Source of the DNA: an uncultured beta proteobacterium
Lineage (GTDB): Bacteria; Pseudomonadota; Gammaproteobacteria; Burkholderiales; Burkholderiaceae_F
Direction of reading: 5' to 3'
Length of the DNA: 64,000 bases
Assembly (NCBI GenBank): GCA_963807155.1
Contig: CAWEAZ010000038.1
Location: 36,709-100,708 of the forward strand
A model generated the notes under the pieces. It searched no databases and was not told the origin of the DNA. It worked only from the letters and a program-made list of their open reading frames with translations. A program made the translations under genes and the position numbers. The stretch's first letter is position 1, and each line of letters opens with the position of its first letter. Positions 32,433 to 43,164 of this stretch are shown one piece after another.

Positions 32433-33655
32433 ACTTTGCTCCGGTCGCGATCAGCGCATACACCGCCACGACCGCGGTCGGCCGCGGGCGGGGTGCATTG
32501 CTTCGATGCGTTGCGTACGCGGCGCAGCGGATTGAAGCGCTATGAAGCGCGGCGCGATTTTGCGGTCGACGTCGATGGACCGACGCTCGATACGTGGATC
32601 GGCGAGGTCGAAGGCTTGCAATCGGTCGCGTTGCCCGAGCAGTTGTCGAACTATGACTGTCGCAACAATCGGCTCGCATGGCTCGCGCTCCATCAGGACG
32701 ACTTTGTCGTACGCGCGTCGCGAGGCCGTCGCACGCTACGGTGCCGAGCGGGTCGCGGTGATCATCGGCACCAGCACCTCCGGCATCGCACAGGCCGAAA
32801 GCGCGTATCGCGCGCGAGACGCGGCGGGCCGGCTGCCGGAGTCGTTCAGTTATGCGACGACGCTGAACAACTTTTCGGCGCCGACATTGGTGGCGCACGT
32901 GCGTCGGCGCCACAGGGCCGACACTGGCGATCTCGACCGCGTGTTCGTCGAGCGCCAAGGTGTTTGCGGCCGCCGCGCGCCTGATGCGCGCAGGCTGGAT
33001 TGATGCAGCGGTGGTCGGCGGTGTCGACTCGCTGTGCCTGACGACGTTGTGCGGATTTTCCGCGCTCGAGCTGTTGTCGCCCGAACCATGCCGCCCGTTT
33101 GATCGCGCGCGTCGCGGCATCTCGATCGGGGAAGGCGCTGGTTTCGCGCTGCTCGAAGCGCGTGCGCACGCACCCGCATACCTGCTCGGTGCAGGCGAAT
33201 CGAGCGATGCCCACCATATGTCGACGCCGCATCCGGAGGGTCTCGGCGCGCGCCTGGCGATGCGCGGCGCGCTCGAGAGTTCAGGACTTGTGTTCGACGC
33301 GGTCGACTACGTCAACCTGCATGGCACGGCAACCCGCTCCAACGATCCGGCCGAAGGCCGTGCGGTCGCTTCCGTGTTCGGAAATACTGCCAGCAGTTCG
33401 ACCAAGGGCTGGTTCGGTCATCTGCTTGGTGCGGCCGGTATCGTCGAGTCAATCGTAACGTTGCTCGCGCTTGAACACGGGCTGGTGCCTGGCACATTGA
33501 ACACGACAGATCTGGATCCCGATTGCCCGAACACAGTGTTGCTTGGCAACGAAGAACGCGACATCGACGTGGCGCTGTCGAATTCATTCGGCTTCGGCGG
33601 CAGCAATTGCAGCGTTGTCTTTGGCCGCGAAAACAAGACGCCGCCGCTCTCGTGA
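32429..33655 (+). pseudogene. Beta-ketoacyl-ACP synthase (FabF/ApeO-like), three +1 frame breaks
   Basis: Active-site TISTACSSSAK plus the HGTAT and GHLLGAAG motifs. Four frames are used (starts 32429, about 32480, about 32700, about 32900). Confidence 0.8.
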
Positions 33656-34460
33656 TTGCGTGCGCAGTGCTGGGAATCGGGATCTACGGACCCGGGCTTG
33701 CCGATTGGGATGCGGCGCGCGAAGTCTTTTCCGGCGCTGCGAATATGTTCGCGCCGATAACGCAGCGCCACCGAGCGGTCTTTTGCCGCCTGCAGAGCGC
33801 AGGCGCGCGACGCCGTCGACGCGAATTGCGCTGACGACCGCACAGCAAGCACTGACGCATGCCCGGCTCGACGCCAAGGCGGTGCCCGCGGTGTTCGGCA
33901 GCAGTTCGGGCAATCCCGACATCATTCACGACATCTGCGCGATGTTGGCCGCGGGCGACTACCAGATCTCACCGACCAAGTTTCACAACTCGGTGCACAA
34001 CGCGGCGTCGGGCTACTACAGCATCGCGGTCGCGAGTCATCGGGCGGTGACCAGCTTGTGCGCGTTCGATGGCACTGCTACTGCGGCATTACTCGAAGCA
34101 GCAGTGCAGGCCAGTCGCCGGGACTCGCCGGTACTGATGGTGTGCTACGACCTGCCGTATCCGTTTCCGCTGTCTGAAGCGCGGCCCACGGTCGACGCAT
34201 GGTCGCTCGCGCTGGTGCTCGCTCCGCCGGAGTTCGAAACCGCGATTGCGCAGTTGACATTGACCGACGGTGCGGCGCGCGCCACCGACGACGCAGCCGA
34301 TACGACGTTGGCGAACCCGCAGCTGGAATCGATACGCCTGGGCAATCCGACGGCGCGGATGTTGCCACTGTTCGCGGCGCTGGCGCAGCCAGGTGCGAGC
34401 GACATCGTTCTGCGCCAGGGCAACGGCCGCGCGTTGCTCGTGGCGACGTCGGGATGTTGA
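33652..34460 (+). pseudogene. KS-like chain-length-factor protein (ApeC-like), one frame break near 33745
   Basis: GTGA overlap with the KS stop. KS-like fold without the Cys-His-His triad (..SPTKFHNSVHNAASGYYSIAV..). Confidence 0.65.
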
Positions 34461-34905
34461 TGGCGTCGATTGAAACGCTGCTGCCGCACGCCGGTCGCAT
34501 GCGGCTGATTGACCGCGTCGTGTCGTACGACGAGCAAACAATTATTTGCGAGAGTGATTCGCATCGCAGCGGCCGATCATCCGCTGGCCGAAGCAGGCGT
34601 GCTTTCGATCATCTGCGGCCTCGAATACGGCGCGCAGGCGATGGCAATTCATGGAGCGTTGCTCGCGAGTGGCGGATCACCCGGTGCCCGTACGCGTCAC
34701 GGCTATCTGGTCGCAGCGTCCGATTTGCGGTGGACCGTTGATCGCCTCGACCAGTGTGCAACACCGCTCGTGATCAAAGCCATCAGTGAATTTCGGACAG
34801 ACAGTCAGGTTGCTTACCGATTTGAAATCAGTGCGTCCGAGCGCGAATGTGCTCGACGGTCGTGCCAGCGTGTTGCTGGGCGCTCCGATTCTGCCGACCG
34901 ATTAA
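34454..34905 (+). pseudogene. Hotdog-fold 3-hydroxyacyl-ACP dehydratase (ApeP-like), two frame breaks
   Basis: MLMASIETLLPHAGRMRLIDRVV.., then ..LSIICGLEYGAQAMAIHGAL.., then the C-terminus ..VLDGRASVLLGAPILPTD in a third frame. Confidence 0.6.
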
Positions 34906-34931
34906 CGGCGCAGCGCTTCGTCTGAATTCGC

Positions 34932-35551
34932 GTGGCCAAGACGCTCAGTGGTACGTTGACTCCATCGCTCTACTTGAGTCGCTTTGACTTGCCGCTAGAC
35001 AATGCGTGGGAAGCAGAGCAGATCGCTAGGCTGACGTTGACGGAACGCGCTCGTCTGGCGCGCATTTCCCGTCCTCAGCGACGCGCACAGTTCATCGTGG
35101 CTCATTGCACGCTGCGCTGGGGCCTCGCGGCCGTCGGACACGAAAATGTGACGATTGAAGTCGATATCGAAGGCCGACTACTTCTGCATGCGAGCGTGCC
35201 GGTATACGCCAGCATCGCGCATAGCACAGACGTTGTCGCAGTGGTGATTGCCGCCGATCCGATCGGTGTTGATCTCGAATCAACACGCCGCCAGCGCGAT
35301 CTGAGCACGGCCGCCGCGCTGCTGGGTCTTTCCGGCGCGCGGTTCCAGTGATTCGGCGGTCTTGGCGGACATGGGTGACGGCCGAAGCTCGACTGAAAGC
35401 CGGTCCCGACGCGAGCCCCCAAGTCTGGCTGTCTACTTGGGAAGCCTGTCAACTTGCCGTTGCCGGAAGCCCGAGTCCGCCGCTTGCCGGCGTGTTCGAT
35501 GGGATGGCCGGGATTTACAATGCGACCGCGTTGCAGTGGGAAGCGGTTTAA
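34932..35551 (+). pseudogene. 4'-phosphopantetheinyl transferase, frame break near 35345
   Basis: GVDLE motif and W..AEARLKAG (WxxKEAxxK-like) motif, split between ORFs 34932-35351 and 35348-35551. Confidence 0.6.
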
Positions 35552-35616
35552 TAGCACTCTGATACTGGTGTGGGAAGTTAACGGTCTGCGTTGAGCGTCA
35601 GCACAAGGTAACTTCA

Positions 35617-36480
35617 ATGGCAGTTGTTCTGACCGAGCGCGCCGACACCGGGCGCGAAAAGCAGATTCGGCCGCAGGCGGTGGCGGAACAGCCATCCGGC
35701 TTCAGTGCCCGCATCGGCCGCGCCACCCGATCAATCGGGCAAATCGCCTTGTTCACGGTATTCGGACTCTATGGCGCGCTGATGAGCGCGCTGATCGTGC
35801 CGGCGTATTCAGTTGCCGTACGCGATCGCGCACGGCGCGCGCACGGCGTACGCCGCGTCATGTTTTACATGATGCGCACCTATGTCGGCAGCATGCGAGC
35901 CTTGCGCCTGATCGATCTCGAAGTAATTGGGCTGGAGCGCGTGCCCGCCCCGGGCTCGCTGCTCGTCGCCAATCACCCCTCGCTGATCGACGCGCTGATT
36001 TTGCTTGGGCACGTTGAGGACGGCGTCGTGGTCGCCAAGCGATCGCTACAGATCAATCCGTTTACCTGGGGTGGCATTCGTGGTGCGGATTACGTTGTCA
36101 ACGCAGATCCACAGGCGCTCATTGATGAGTGTCGTGGCCGTATTGCGGCGGGTGAAACGCTGATCCTGTTCCCCGAATGCACGCGTACCGGGGACGACGG
36201 TGTGATCCGGCTGCGGCGCGGCGCAGCGCACATTGCGGTGCGCTCGGGCTGCCCTGTGATTCCGGTGACGATCGAATTTTCGGAGCCGTTGTTGACCAAG
36301 AGGAGTCGTTGGTGGCTGGCGCCGAAGGTGCGGCCGACAGTGCGCGTGGTGCAACATCCCGCGATAGATCCGGCACAGTTTCTACAGGGCGGCCGCAGCG
36401 TTTCGCTTGCTGCGCGCGCGTTGACCGAATGCTTGCGTGAGCTGTACGTCAGGGAGCTTGCTCGTCGTGGATCCACTTGA
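35617..36480 (+). CDS. Lysophospholipid (PlsC-type) acyltransferase
   Basis: HX4D motif NHPSLIDA and PECTRT motif. First gene after a 65-bp gap. Confidence 0.8.
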   Translation: MAVVLTERADTGREKQIRPQAVAEQPSGFSARIGRATRSIGQIALFTVFGLYGALMSALIVPAYSVAVRDRARRAHGVRRVMFYMMRTYVGSMRALRLIDLEVIGLERVPAPGSLLVANHPSLIDALILLGHVEDGVVVAKRSLQINPFTWGGIRGADYVVNADPQALIDECRGRIAAGETLILFPECTRTGDDGVIRLRRGAAHIAVRSGCPVIPVTIEFSEPLLTKRSRWWLAPKVRPTVRVVQHPAIDPAQFLQGGRSVSLAARALTECLRELYVRELARRGST

Positions 36481-36739
36481 ACAAGAAATCGCCCAGTTGA
36501 TTATCGAGTGCACTGGGTTGGAGGACATGCGGGCGGAGGATATCGATCCGGTCGCGCCGTTGTTCGTCGAGGGACTGGGGCTGGACTCGATCGACGCGCT
36601 CGAAATTGGCGTGGCGCTCGCGAAGCGCTATGGCGTCAAGCTCACCGCCGACAACGAAAACAACCGCCGGCATTTTGCAAACGTACGCGCGTTGGCGGCG
36701 TTCGTCGCGAGCCAACGGGGTGCTGCGCAAGCGGCGTAG
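36467..36739 (+). CDS. Acyl carrier protein
   Basis: GLDSIDALE phosphopantetheine attachment motif. GTG start overlaps the end of the upstream gene. Confidence 0.85.
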   Translation: MDPLEQEIAQLIIECTGLEDMRAEDIDPVAPLFVEGLGLDSIDALEIGVALAKRYGVKLTADNENNRRHFANVRALAAFVASQRGAAQAA

Positions 36740-36776
36740 CGTGCGCTAAGAATTTCGGTCGCTGGACATCGGCACG

Positions 36777-37543
36777 TTGCATTCATCGTCCGCGCTTCGC
36801 GTTTGCGTCATCGTGCCCGTGTACGACCATCATGCAGCGCTGCCACGCCTAACAGACGCGCTGCGCTCGACTGGACTGACATGCTGGCTGGTCGACGACG
36901 GCAGTCATGCGCCATGTGCACAGGCGGTGCAGGCGCTATGCGCGGACAATCCGCAATGGATGCATCGATTGCGGCTCGAAAATAACCAGGGAAAGGGCGC
37001 TGCCGTGCTCTCCGGATTGCGCGCTGCGCAAGGCAGCAGGGTTCACTCATGCGGTGCAGATTGATGCCGATCTGCAGCACGACCCGTCGCGCATCGGCGA
37101 ATTCGTCGCCGCCGCTGAACGCGATCCCGCGGCCGTCATCAACGGTGTGCCGCAATACGATGCCAGCGTGCCCGCTGTCAGGCTGCACGGCAGGCGCATC
37201 ACGACCGTGCTGGTGTGGCTGAACACGCTTGTCGCTGCAGATTGCCGATGCGATGTGCGGCTTTCGCCTGTACCCGATCGCGCCTGCCGTCGCACTCGAC
37301 GATCGGGTGCACATCGGCCGCCGCATGGAGTTCGATACCGACATCATCGTGCGGCTGTTCTGGGCCGGTATGCCGGTAGTCAACCTGCCCACTCCGGTGA
37401 CGTATCCGGCGGACGGCGTCTCGCACTTTCGGATGTTGCGCGACAACCTGCGCATGGCAGGGTTGCACTTTCGATTGTTTGCAGGAATGCTGATACGCCT
37501 ACCGCGCTTGCTGCCTCGACGTCTTGCAGGTCGGGCGCCGTGA
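36777..37543 (+). pseudogene. Family 2 glycosyltransferase, two +1 frame breaks
   Basis: VIVPVYDH, DDGS and QIDADLQHDP motifs. Segments lie in ORFs 36777-37064, 36907-.. and 37229-37543. Confidence 0.75.
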
Positions 37544-38502
37544 GCAGCGTCAACGTGTCTACCGATCGGCGGTCGGACTCGCATTGGGCGTCTCTTCCCG
37601 AATCGGGAAGCACGGCCTGGCTGTGGATCAGGTATCTCAGCTATGTGTGGATCGGGCGTCCGCTGTTTCGCCTGCTGGTATGGCCTGCGTCCTGGTATTT
37701 CATCACCGTCCGGCCCGTGGCGCGCCGGGCGTCGATCGAATACCAGCGTCGCGTCGGCGTGTTGGCTGCCGACTCGAGTGCGTGGCAGGCGTGGCGCGCG
37801 GCAGGGGTGCACGTGCGCCACTTTGCCGACACGCTGCTCGACAAGGCGCTGGTGTGGACCGGCGGCCTTGCGCTCGACGGCATACGGCGCGAAGTGGATC
37901 CGCGCTTCGATGAAGCGGTCGACGAAAATCGTGGTGGCGTGCTGGTCGTCGCGCATTTCGGCAATCTCGAGGTGCTGCGCCGAATGGGTGAGCGCGCGAA
38001 GCAGCTGCGACTGCACATCCTCGTGCACACGCGACACGCCGAGCGCTTTAATCGGGTGCTGACGCGCATGAATCCGCAGAGCGCAGAGCGCTTGCTGCAG
38101 GTCACCGAGGTTGATACGGCCACCATCGCGCATCTGGCGACGCGTGTCGAGCTCGGCGACTTCGTCGTGATTGCCGCCGATCGCGTGCCCGTTACCAGCG
38201 AACGAGTGCTTGACGTTCCGTTTCTCGGCGCCGATGCCGCGTTTCCGATTGGCCCATGGGTGCTCGCTGCCGCGCTGGGTTGCCCCGTGTACTGGCTCGC
38301 GTGCTATCAGCGTCCGGCCGATCGCGGCCGCTACACACTGGTGTGCGAGCTGATGAGCGAGCGCATTGTGCTGCCGCGAAAGACGCGCGATGCGGCGTTG
38401 CGCGAGGTCATCGCCGATTACGTGCGGTGCCTCGAACGCGCGTGCCGCGAGGCGCCGCTCGCGTGGTTTAACTTTTTTCCGTTCTGGCGCTCATCGAGAT
38501 GA
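37540..38502 (+). CDS. LpxL/HtrB-like lipid A biosynthesis acyltransferase family protein
   Basis: AHFGNLEVL (HxGNxE) motif, about 320 aa, GTGA overlap with the GT2 stop. Confidence 0.75.
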   Translation: MSSVNVSTDRRSDSHWASLPESGSTAWLWIRYLSYVWIGRPLFRLLVWPASWYFITVRPVARRASIEYQRRVGVLAADSSAWQAWRAAGVHVRHFADTLLDKALVWTGGLALDGIRREVDPRFDEAVDENRGGVLVVAHFGNLEVLRRMGERAKQLRLHILVHTRHAERFNRVLTRMNPQSAERLLQVTEVDTATIAHLATRVELGDFVVIAADRVPVTSERVLDVPFLGADAAFPIGPWVLAAALGCPVYWLACYQRPADRGRYTLVCELMSERIVLPRKTRDAALREVIADYVRCLERACREAPLAWFNFFPFWRSSR

Positions 38503-39255
38503 GTGGCGGCCAAATGAACACCGGCGCTGTACTGATTACCGGCTCCAGCCGCGGCATCGGGCGTGCAACCGCGTTACGGCTGGCGCGCGACGGCTATGAC
38601 GTCTGGCTGCATCATTCGGGGCAATCCGATTCGACGGCGGCGATTGACGCCGTCGCCGATCAGGTGCGGGCGCTGGGACGCGCTGTCGACGTCCTCGCGT
38701 TCGACATCGCCGACCGTGACGCCTGCGCGCAAGCGCTTCGACGCCCAGCTGGAAGCGCGCGGCGCGCCCTACGGCATCGTGCTAAATGCGGGCATCGTGC
38801 GTGACCACGTGTTTCCGGCGCTGTCGGGCGAAAATTGGGATCGTGTCTTGCGGACCAACCTCGATGGCTTCTACAACGTACTGCATCCGCTGGTGATGCC
38901 GATGATTCGGCGGCGTCTTCCAGGCCGCATCGTGACGCTGGCGTCGGTCGCCGCGCAGACGGGCAACCGCGGACAGGTGAACTACAGCGCGTCGAAGGCG
39001 GGCATCATCGGCGCTACGAGATCTCTGGCCCTCGAGCTCGCGAGTCGCAACATCACCGTCAACTGTGTTGCCCCCGGCCTGATTGCCACTGATATGACCC
39101 GCGAATTGCCGATCGACGAAATGACGAAGATGATTCCCGCGGGGCGCATCGGCGAAGCCGACGAAGTGGCTGCCACGATTGCGTTTCTGCTCTCTGCCGA
39201 TGCCGCTTACATTACGCGGCAAGTGATTGGTGTTAACGGAGGTTTGGCAGCATGA
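38499..39255 (+). pseudogene. fabG: 3-oxoacyl-ACP reductase, one +1 frame break near 38730
   Basis: TGSSRGIGRA and NYSASKAG motifs, split between ORFs 38499-38804 and 38563-39255. Confidence 0.85.
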
Positions 39256-39995
39256 ACAAGACGGAAACAGTCGCACCGCATCCGCCATTGACGGACTATT
39301 ACGCGGACGAGACCGCGCGTCATCGGTGGCTGCGGACCATATTCAACGCCAGCGCCGTCGATTACGACCGCATCGAAGGCTTAATGGCGTTCGGTACCGG
39401 TCCTTGGTATCGCAGGCAGGCGCTTCGTCGCGCAGGGTTGGCGCCGGGCATGCGGGTACTCGATGTGGGTACCGGCACCGGGCTTACCGCGATCCAGGCC
39501 GTACGCCTCACCGGTGACGGGGCGAACGTGACGGGCGTCGATCCGAGCATCGGAATGCTTGCGAACGCCCGGTTGCCCGAAGGAATGCGCGTGATTGAAG
39601 GGCGCGCCGAGGCGCTGCCCGCCGCGGATAGTGCGTTCGACTTCGTCAGCATGGGCTATGCGCTGCGTCACGTGGCCGATCTACGGACAGTGTTCGGCGA
39701 GTTTTTTCGCGTTTTGCGACCCGGAGGCCGTGCGTGCGTGCTCGAGATCACGCGTCCCACGGGTGTCCGCGCAACGCGCTGGTTGCGCGTGTACTTGCGT
39801 TATCTGGTGCCGTACGTGGCGCGCTGGGTCGGGCGCTCGCGCGATACACCGGAAGTCATGCGCTACTTGTGGGACTCGATTGAAGCATGCGTGCCACCGC
39901 AACAAGTCATCGACCAATTGCGCGCTGCCGGGTTCAAGACCGTCACGCGTCATGTCGTGCTCGGCATCTTCTCTGAGTACGTCGCAATCAAGTGA
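39252..39995 (+). CDS. Class I SAM-dependent methyltransferase (UbiE-like)
   Basis: VLDVGTGTGL motif I, intact at 247 aa. Confidence 0.8.
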   Translation: MNKTETVAPHPPLTDYYADETARHRWLRTIFNASAVDYDRIEGLMAFGTGPWYRRQALRRAGLAPGMRVLDVGTGTGLTAIQAVRLTGDGANVTGVDPSIGMLANARLPEGMRVIEGRAEALPAADSAFDFVSMGYALRHVADLRTVFGEFFRVLRPGGRACVLEITRPTGVRATRWLRVYLRYLVPYVARWVGRSRDTPEVMRYLWDSIEACVPPQQVIDQLRAAGFKTVTRHVVLGIFSEYVAIK

Positions 39996-40848
39996 GCGTT
40001 TCCAGATTCACTCTTCATAGCCCATTGCCGCCTCGCGCGTGGCAACCAGGGCCATTGCACTGGGTGCTGGCGGGCAGCCACGTGGCTGGAGTCGCGTCGA
40101 TCGCGATCCAGCCGGCACTGTGGCCATGGGCCGTGGCCGCGATGTGCGGCAGCCATGCGCTGAATCTGGCGTTTGGCTTTGCGCCGGCGACCACGGCGCT
40201 TGGGCCGGTGATATCCGAGTTGCCGCCGACCTCTGCCGAGCGCGGCGAAATCGCACTGACGTTCGACGACGGGCCGGATGCCGAGGTGACGCCGCGCGTG
40301 CTCGATCTGCTCGACGAATCCGGCGCGCAGGCGACTTTTTTTTGCGTCGGCGCGCGGGCGCGTGCACATCCACAGGTCGTGCGTGAAATCGCGTCGCGCG
40401 GGCATGCGGTTGAAAACCACGCCTTTGGACACTCGCGTGCGATGGGTTTTTGGGGCGTCGGACGGATGGTGCGCGACATCGGCGAGGCGCAAAAGACGCT
40501 GGCCGATATCACTGGGCAAGCGCCTAAATTTTTTCGTGCTCCCTTCGGGATTCGTACTCCACTGACGGAGCCCGCGCTGGCGCGTCTCGGTCTCCGGTGC
40601 GTCGCCTGGAACGTCCGCTCGCTCGACAGCGTGGACGCGTCGTGCCGAGCGCGTGGCGGCGCGCATCGGGCGGCGTCTGGCGCCGGGCGCGATTGTTCTG
40701 ATGCACGACGGCATGGAAGGGCGGCGCAAGACGCCAACGCATCGAGCCGAAAGTGTCCAGCATGCTTGGCGCACTGCCATTGGTGCTCGCAATGATGCGC
40801 GAACGCGCCTGGCGCTCGGTGACGCTGCGCAGCGCGTTGCCCGCATGA
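39992..40848 (+). pseudogene. Polysaccharide deacetylase (NodB-type), two +1 frame breaks
   Basis: TFDDGP and HAVENHAFGH motifs. The C-terminus (APGAIVLMHDG.., LPLVLAMMRERAWRSVTLRSALPA) is in shifted frames. Confidence 0.75.
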
Positions 40849-41712
40849 TGCGAGCCGATGGTGCGCGCGACGCGGCAGCGAGCGCATCGGCCGCCTATGC
40901 ATCGACGGTCCGCGCATCCGCAGATCCGCTGGCCTTTGCGGAATGCCCCGCGCCTCGAATCGGCGCCCCGAATCAAGCGGCTGATTCGGATTCTGCATTC
41001 CGCCAACTCGTAATGAGCGCCGCGGCGCGCTATCGGCCGGTCGGCCGCAGTCCGTACTATTTCGCGCGCGGAAAGCTAAGCGGCGATCCGGTGTTCGCTG
41101 CGCTATTGCGCGATGGCCGAATCCATGACGATGCGCGCATCGTCGACGTCGGTTGCGGGCTCGGGATACTGGCAGCGTGGCTTGCCGCCGCCGAAGTCTG
41201 CGATCCGCGCTCCGCTTCCGAATGGCCGCAAACATGGGCGCCACCGCCAAAAAACTGGACGTTGCGTGGATTTGATTTGCGGACGCGTGCGATTGCGGCA
41301 GGGCAACGCGCGCTATCGGATCTCGGTAAGTCGCGTTGCGTTGAACGTTGGCGATGCGCGCGGCGTAACGCTGCCCGCGTGCGACGTCGTCGTCATGCTC
41401 GACGTCCTGCATTACATGGATCGCGGCGCGCAACAAGTACTGCTGAAAAGCGCCCATCAAGCGCTGGCTCCGGGTGGCGTCCTGCTTTTGCGCGTCGGTG
41501 ACATCACCTCTAACTGGCGCTCGCGCTTTACGTCGATGGTGGATTGGTGGGTGACGCTGCTGCGCGACAAACGATGGCCGCGATTGCATTGCCGCTCGCT
41601 GGCCGAATGGAAGTTGTTGCTCGAATCGATCGGCTACTCCGCCGTTGCGCAGCCGATGAGCGAGGGAACGCCCTTTGCCAACGTACTGTTGATTGCCACT
41701 AAGCACCGCTAG
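40845..41712 (+). pseudogene. Class I SAM-dependent methyltransferase, one +1 frame break near 41320
   Basis: IVDVGCGLGIL motif I is in ORF 40653-41501. The C-terminus (VVMLDVLHYMD.., GGVLLLRVGD) is in ORF 41113-41712. Confidence 0.65.
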
Positions 41713-41802
41713 CGATGATGGCCGCCGCGATCTCGTTCGATTGATCTCACGTCCGCGGAGCGCAAACGCCGCGCGCGCGAACGGCTGATCACGCTGACGC
41801 GA

Positions 41803-42165
41803 TTGATGGATTCTGCCGTCGATGTGCCGCTGCTACGCACGAAAGTCGGACTCGACGCGCTGCTGGGCGTTGTTCCGGTCGCGGGCGATCTGCTGTCGGC
41901 TGCGATAGGTGTTTATCTGATTACACAGGCGCGCGAGCTCGGTGCGTCACGTTGGCTGCAAGGCAAAATGATCGGCAACCTGGTGGTCGATGCCGCTTTC
42001 GGTGCGGTGCCGCTGGCCGGCGACGTCTTTGACATCTACTTTCGCGCGCATCGCCGCAACCTGAAGTTGCTGCAGCAACATCTGGGCGAACCGTATCTCG
42101 ATGTGCGCGGCGCCGATTCCGAAATCGTCGACGCCAACGCCGCGCGTGTTACGCGGCGGCGCTAG
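41803..42165 (+). CDS. DUF4112 family membrane protein
   Basis: GLDALLGVVPVAGD and GAVPLAGDVFD repeats. In-frame upstream sequence has no start codon, while ATGATG at 41715 is in another frame, so a further frame break near 41740 is possible. Confidence 0.65.
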   Translation: MMDSAVDVPLLRTKVGLDALLGVVPVAGDLLSAAIGVYLITQARELGASRWLQGKMIGNLVVDAAFGAVPLAGDVFDIYFRAHRRNLKLLQQHLGEPYLDVRGADSEIVDANAARVTRRR

Positions 42166-42174
42166 CGAGCGGAC

Positions 42175-43164
42175 TCACTCGGCCTTGATTCCCGCTGCTT
42201 TAACGACCGCGCCATAGCGCGCGAGATCGCGCTTGATCTCGTCGCCGAACTTCTCGGCCGTACCAGGCGTCGCGTTGATGCCGAGCACGCTCAGTCGCTC
42301 ACGCACCTCGGGATCGGAAAGCGCTGCCGTCAGCTCCGCATTCAGCTTGTCGACGATCGGCTTGGGTGTCTTGATGGGCGCCAGAACGCCGACCCACGAA
42401 TTGATTTCGAAATCAGCCACTCCGCTTTCGATAAACGTCGGCACATCGGGCAGCGACGCTGAGCGCTGAGCGCTCGACACCGCGACTCCGATCAATTTGC
42501 CTGACTTAACGTGCTGCTGCGCGCCGGCTACGGCCGTGTACACCAGTGGAATGTTGCCGCCCATTGCGTCGATGATGGCCTGGCCGCCCCCTTTGTAAGG
42601 CACGTGCGTCAGGTTGGCACCAGTGCGTTGCTTCAGCAACTCGCCCGCAATGTGCGGTGTGCCGCCGGTGCCCGAGGTGCCGTAGAACAATCCGCCCGAC
42701 TGCGTTTTCGACAGCGCGAGAACGTCGCGCAGATTCTTCGCGGGCAGGCCGGGGTAGGCGACGAGGATCAGGATTGCGTCGCCGATCTTGCCGACCGGTG
42801 CAAAGTCCTTCACGGTATTAAACGGCACCTTGTCGAACACGTGCGGGTTGATCACCATCGTCCCGTCGAATCCGAGCAGCAATGTGTAGCCGTCGGGCTC
42901 GGCCGTCGCGACTTGCTGCGTCCCGATGTTGCCGGAAGCTCCGGGCCGGTTGTCGACAATGACCTGCTGCCCGAGCCGCTTGCTGAGGGCGTCGGCCACC
43001 ACACGCGCGCTGGTGTCCGTGACACCTCCGGTCGTAAACGGAACGACGAGTCGAATCGGCTTGTTCGGATACGTAGACTGCGCCAGCGCAGGTAACACGA
43101 TGCCGATGCTCGCGGCCAGCGCCAGCGTTGTACTGATGAACAAGTCGCGTCGCGCACGATTCAT
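42175..43164 (-). CDS. Bug family (TctC-like) tripartite tricarboxylate transporter substrate-binding protein
   Basis: Signal peptide plus YPNKPIRLVVPFTTGG, typical of the Bug family. 329 aa. Confidence 0.9.
   Translation of the reverse strand: MNRARRDLFISTTLALAASIGIVLPALAQSTYPNKPIRLVVPFTTGGVTDTSARVVADALSKRLGQQVIVDNRPGASGNIGTQQVATAEPDGYTLLLGFDGTMVINPHVFDKVPFNTVKDFAPVGKIGDAILILVAYPGLPAKNLRDVLALSKTQSGGLFYGTSGTGGTPHIAGELLKQRTGANLTHVPYKGGGQAIIDAMGGNIPLVYTAVAGAQQHVKSGKLIGVAVSSAQRSASLPDVPTFIESGVADFEINSWVGVLAPIKTPKPIVDKLNAELTAALSDPEVRERLSVLGINATPGTAEKFGDEIKRDLARYGAVVKAAGIKAE

Noticed and set aside
36808-38133. Long antisense ORFs (for example 36808-38133, 40015-41706, 29860-30948, 46228-47598, 16505-17038), some over 400 aa
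   Set aside because: They lie opposite genes with clear family motifs, are Arg/Ala/Pro-rich with no motifs, and are the usual shadow ORFs of GC-rich DNA.
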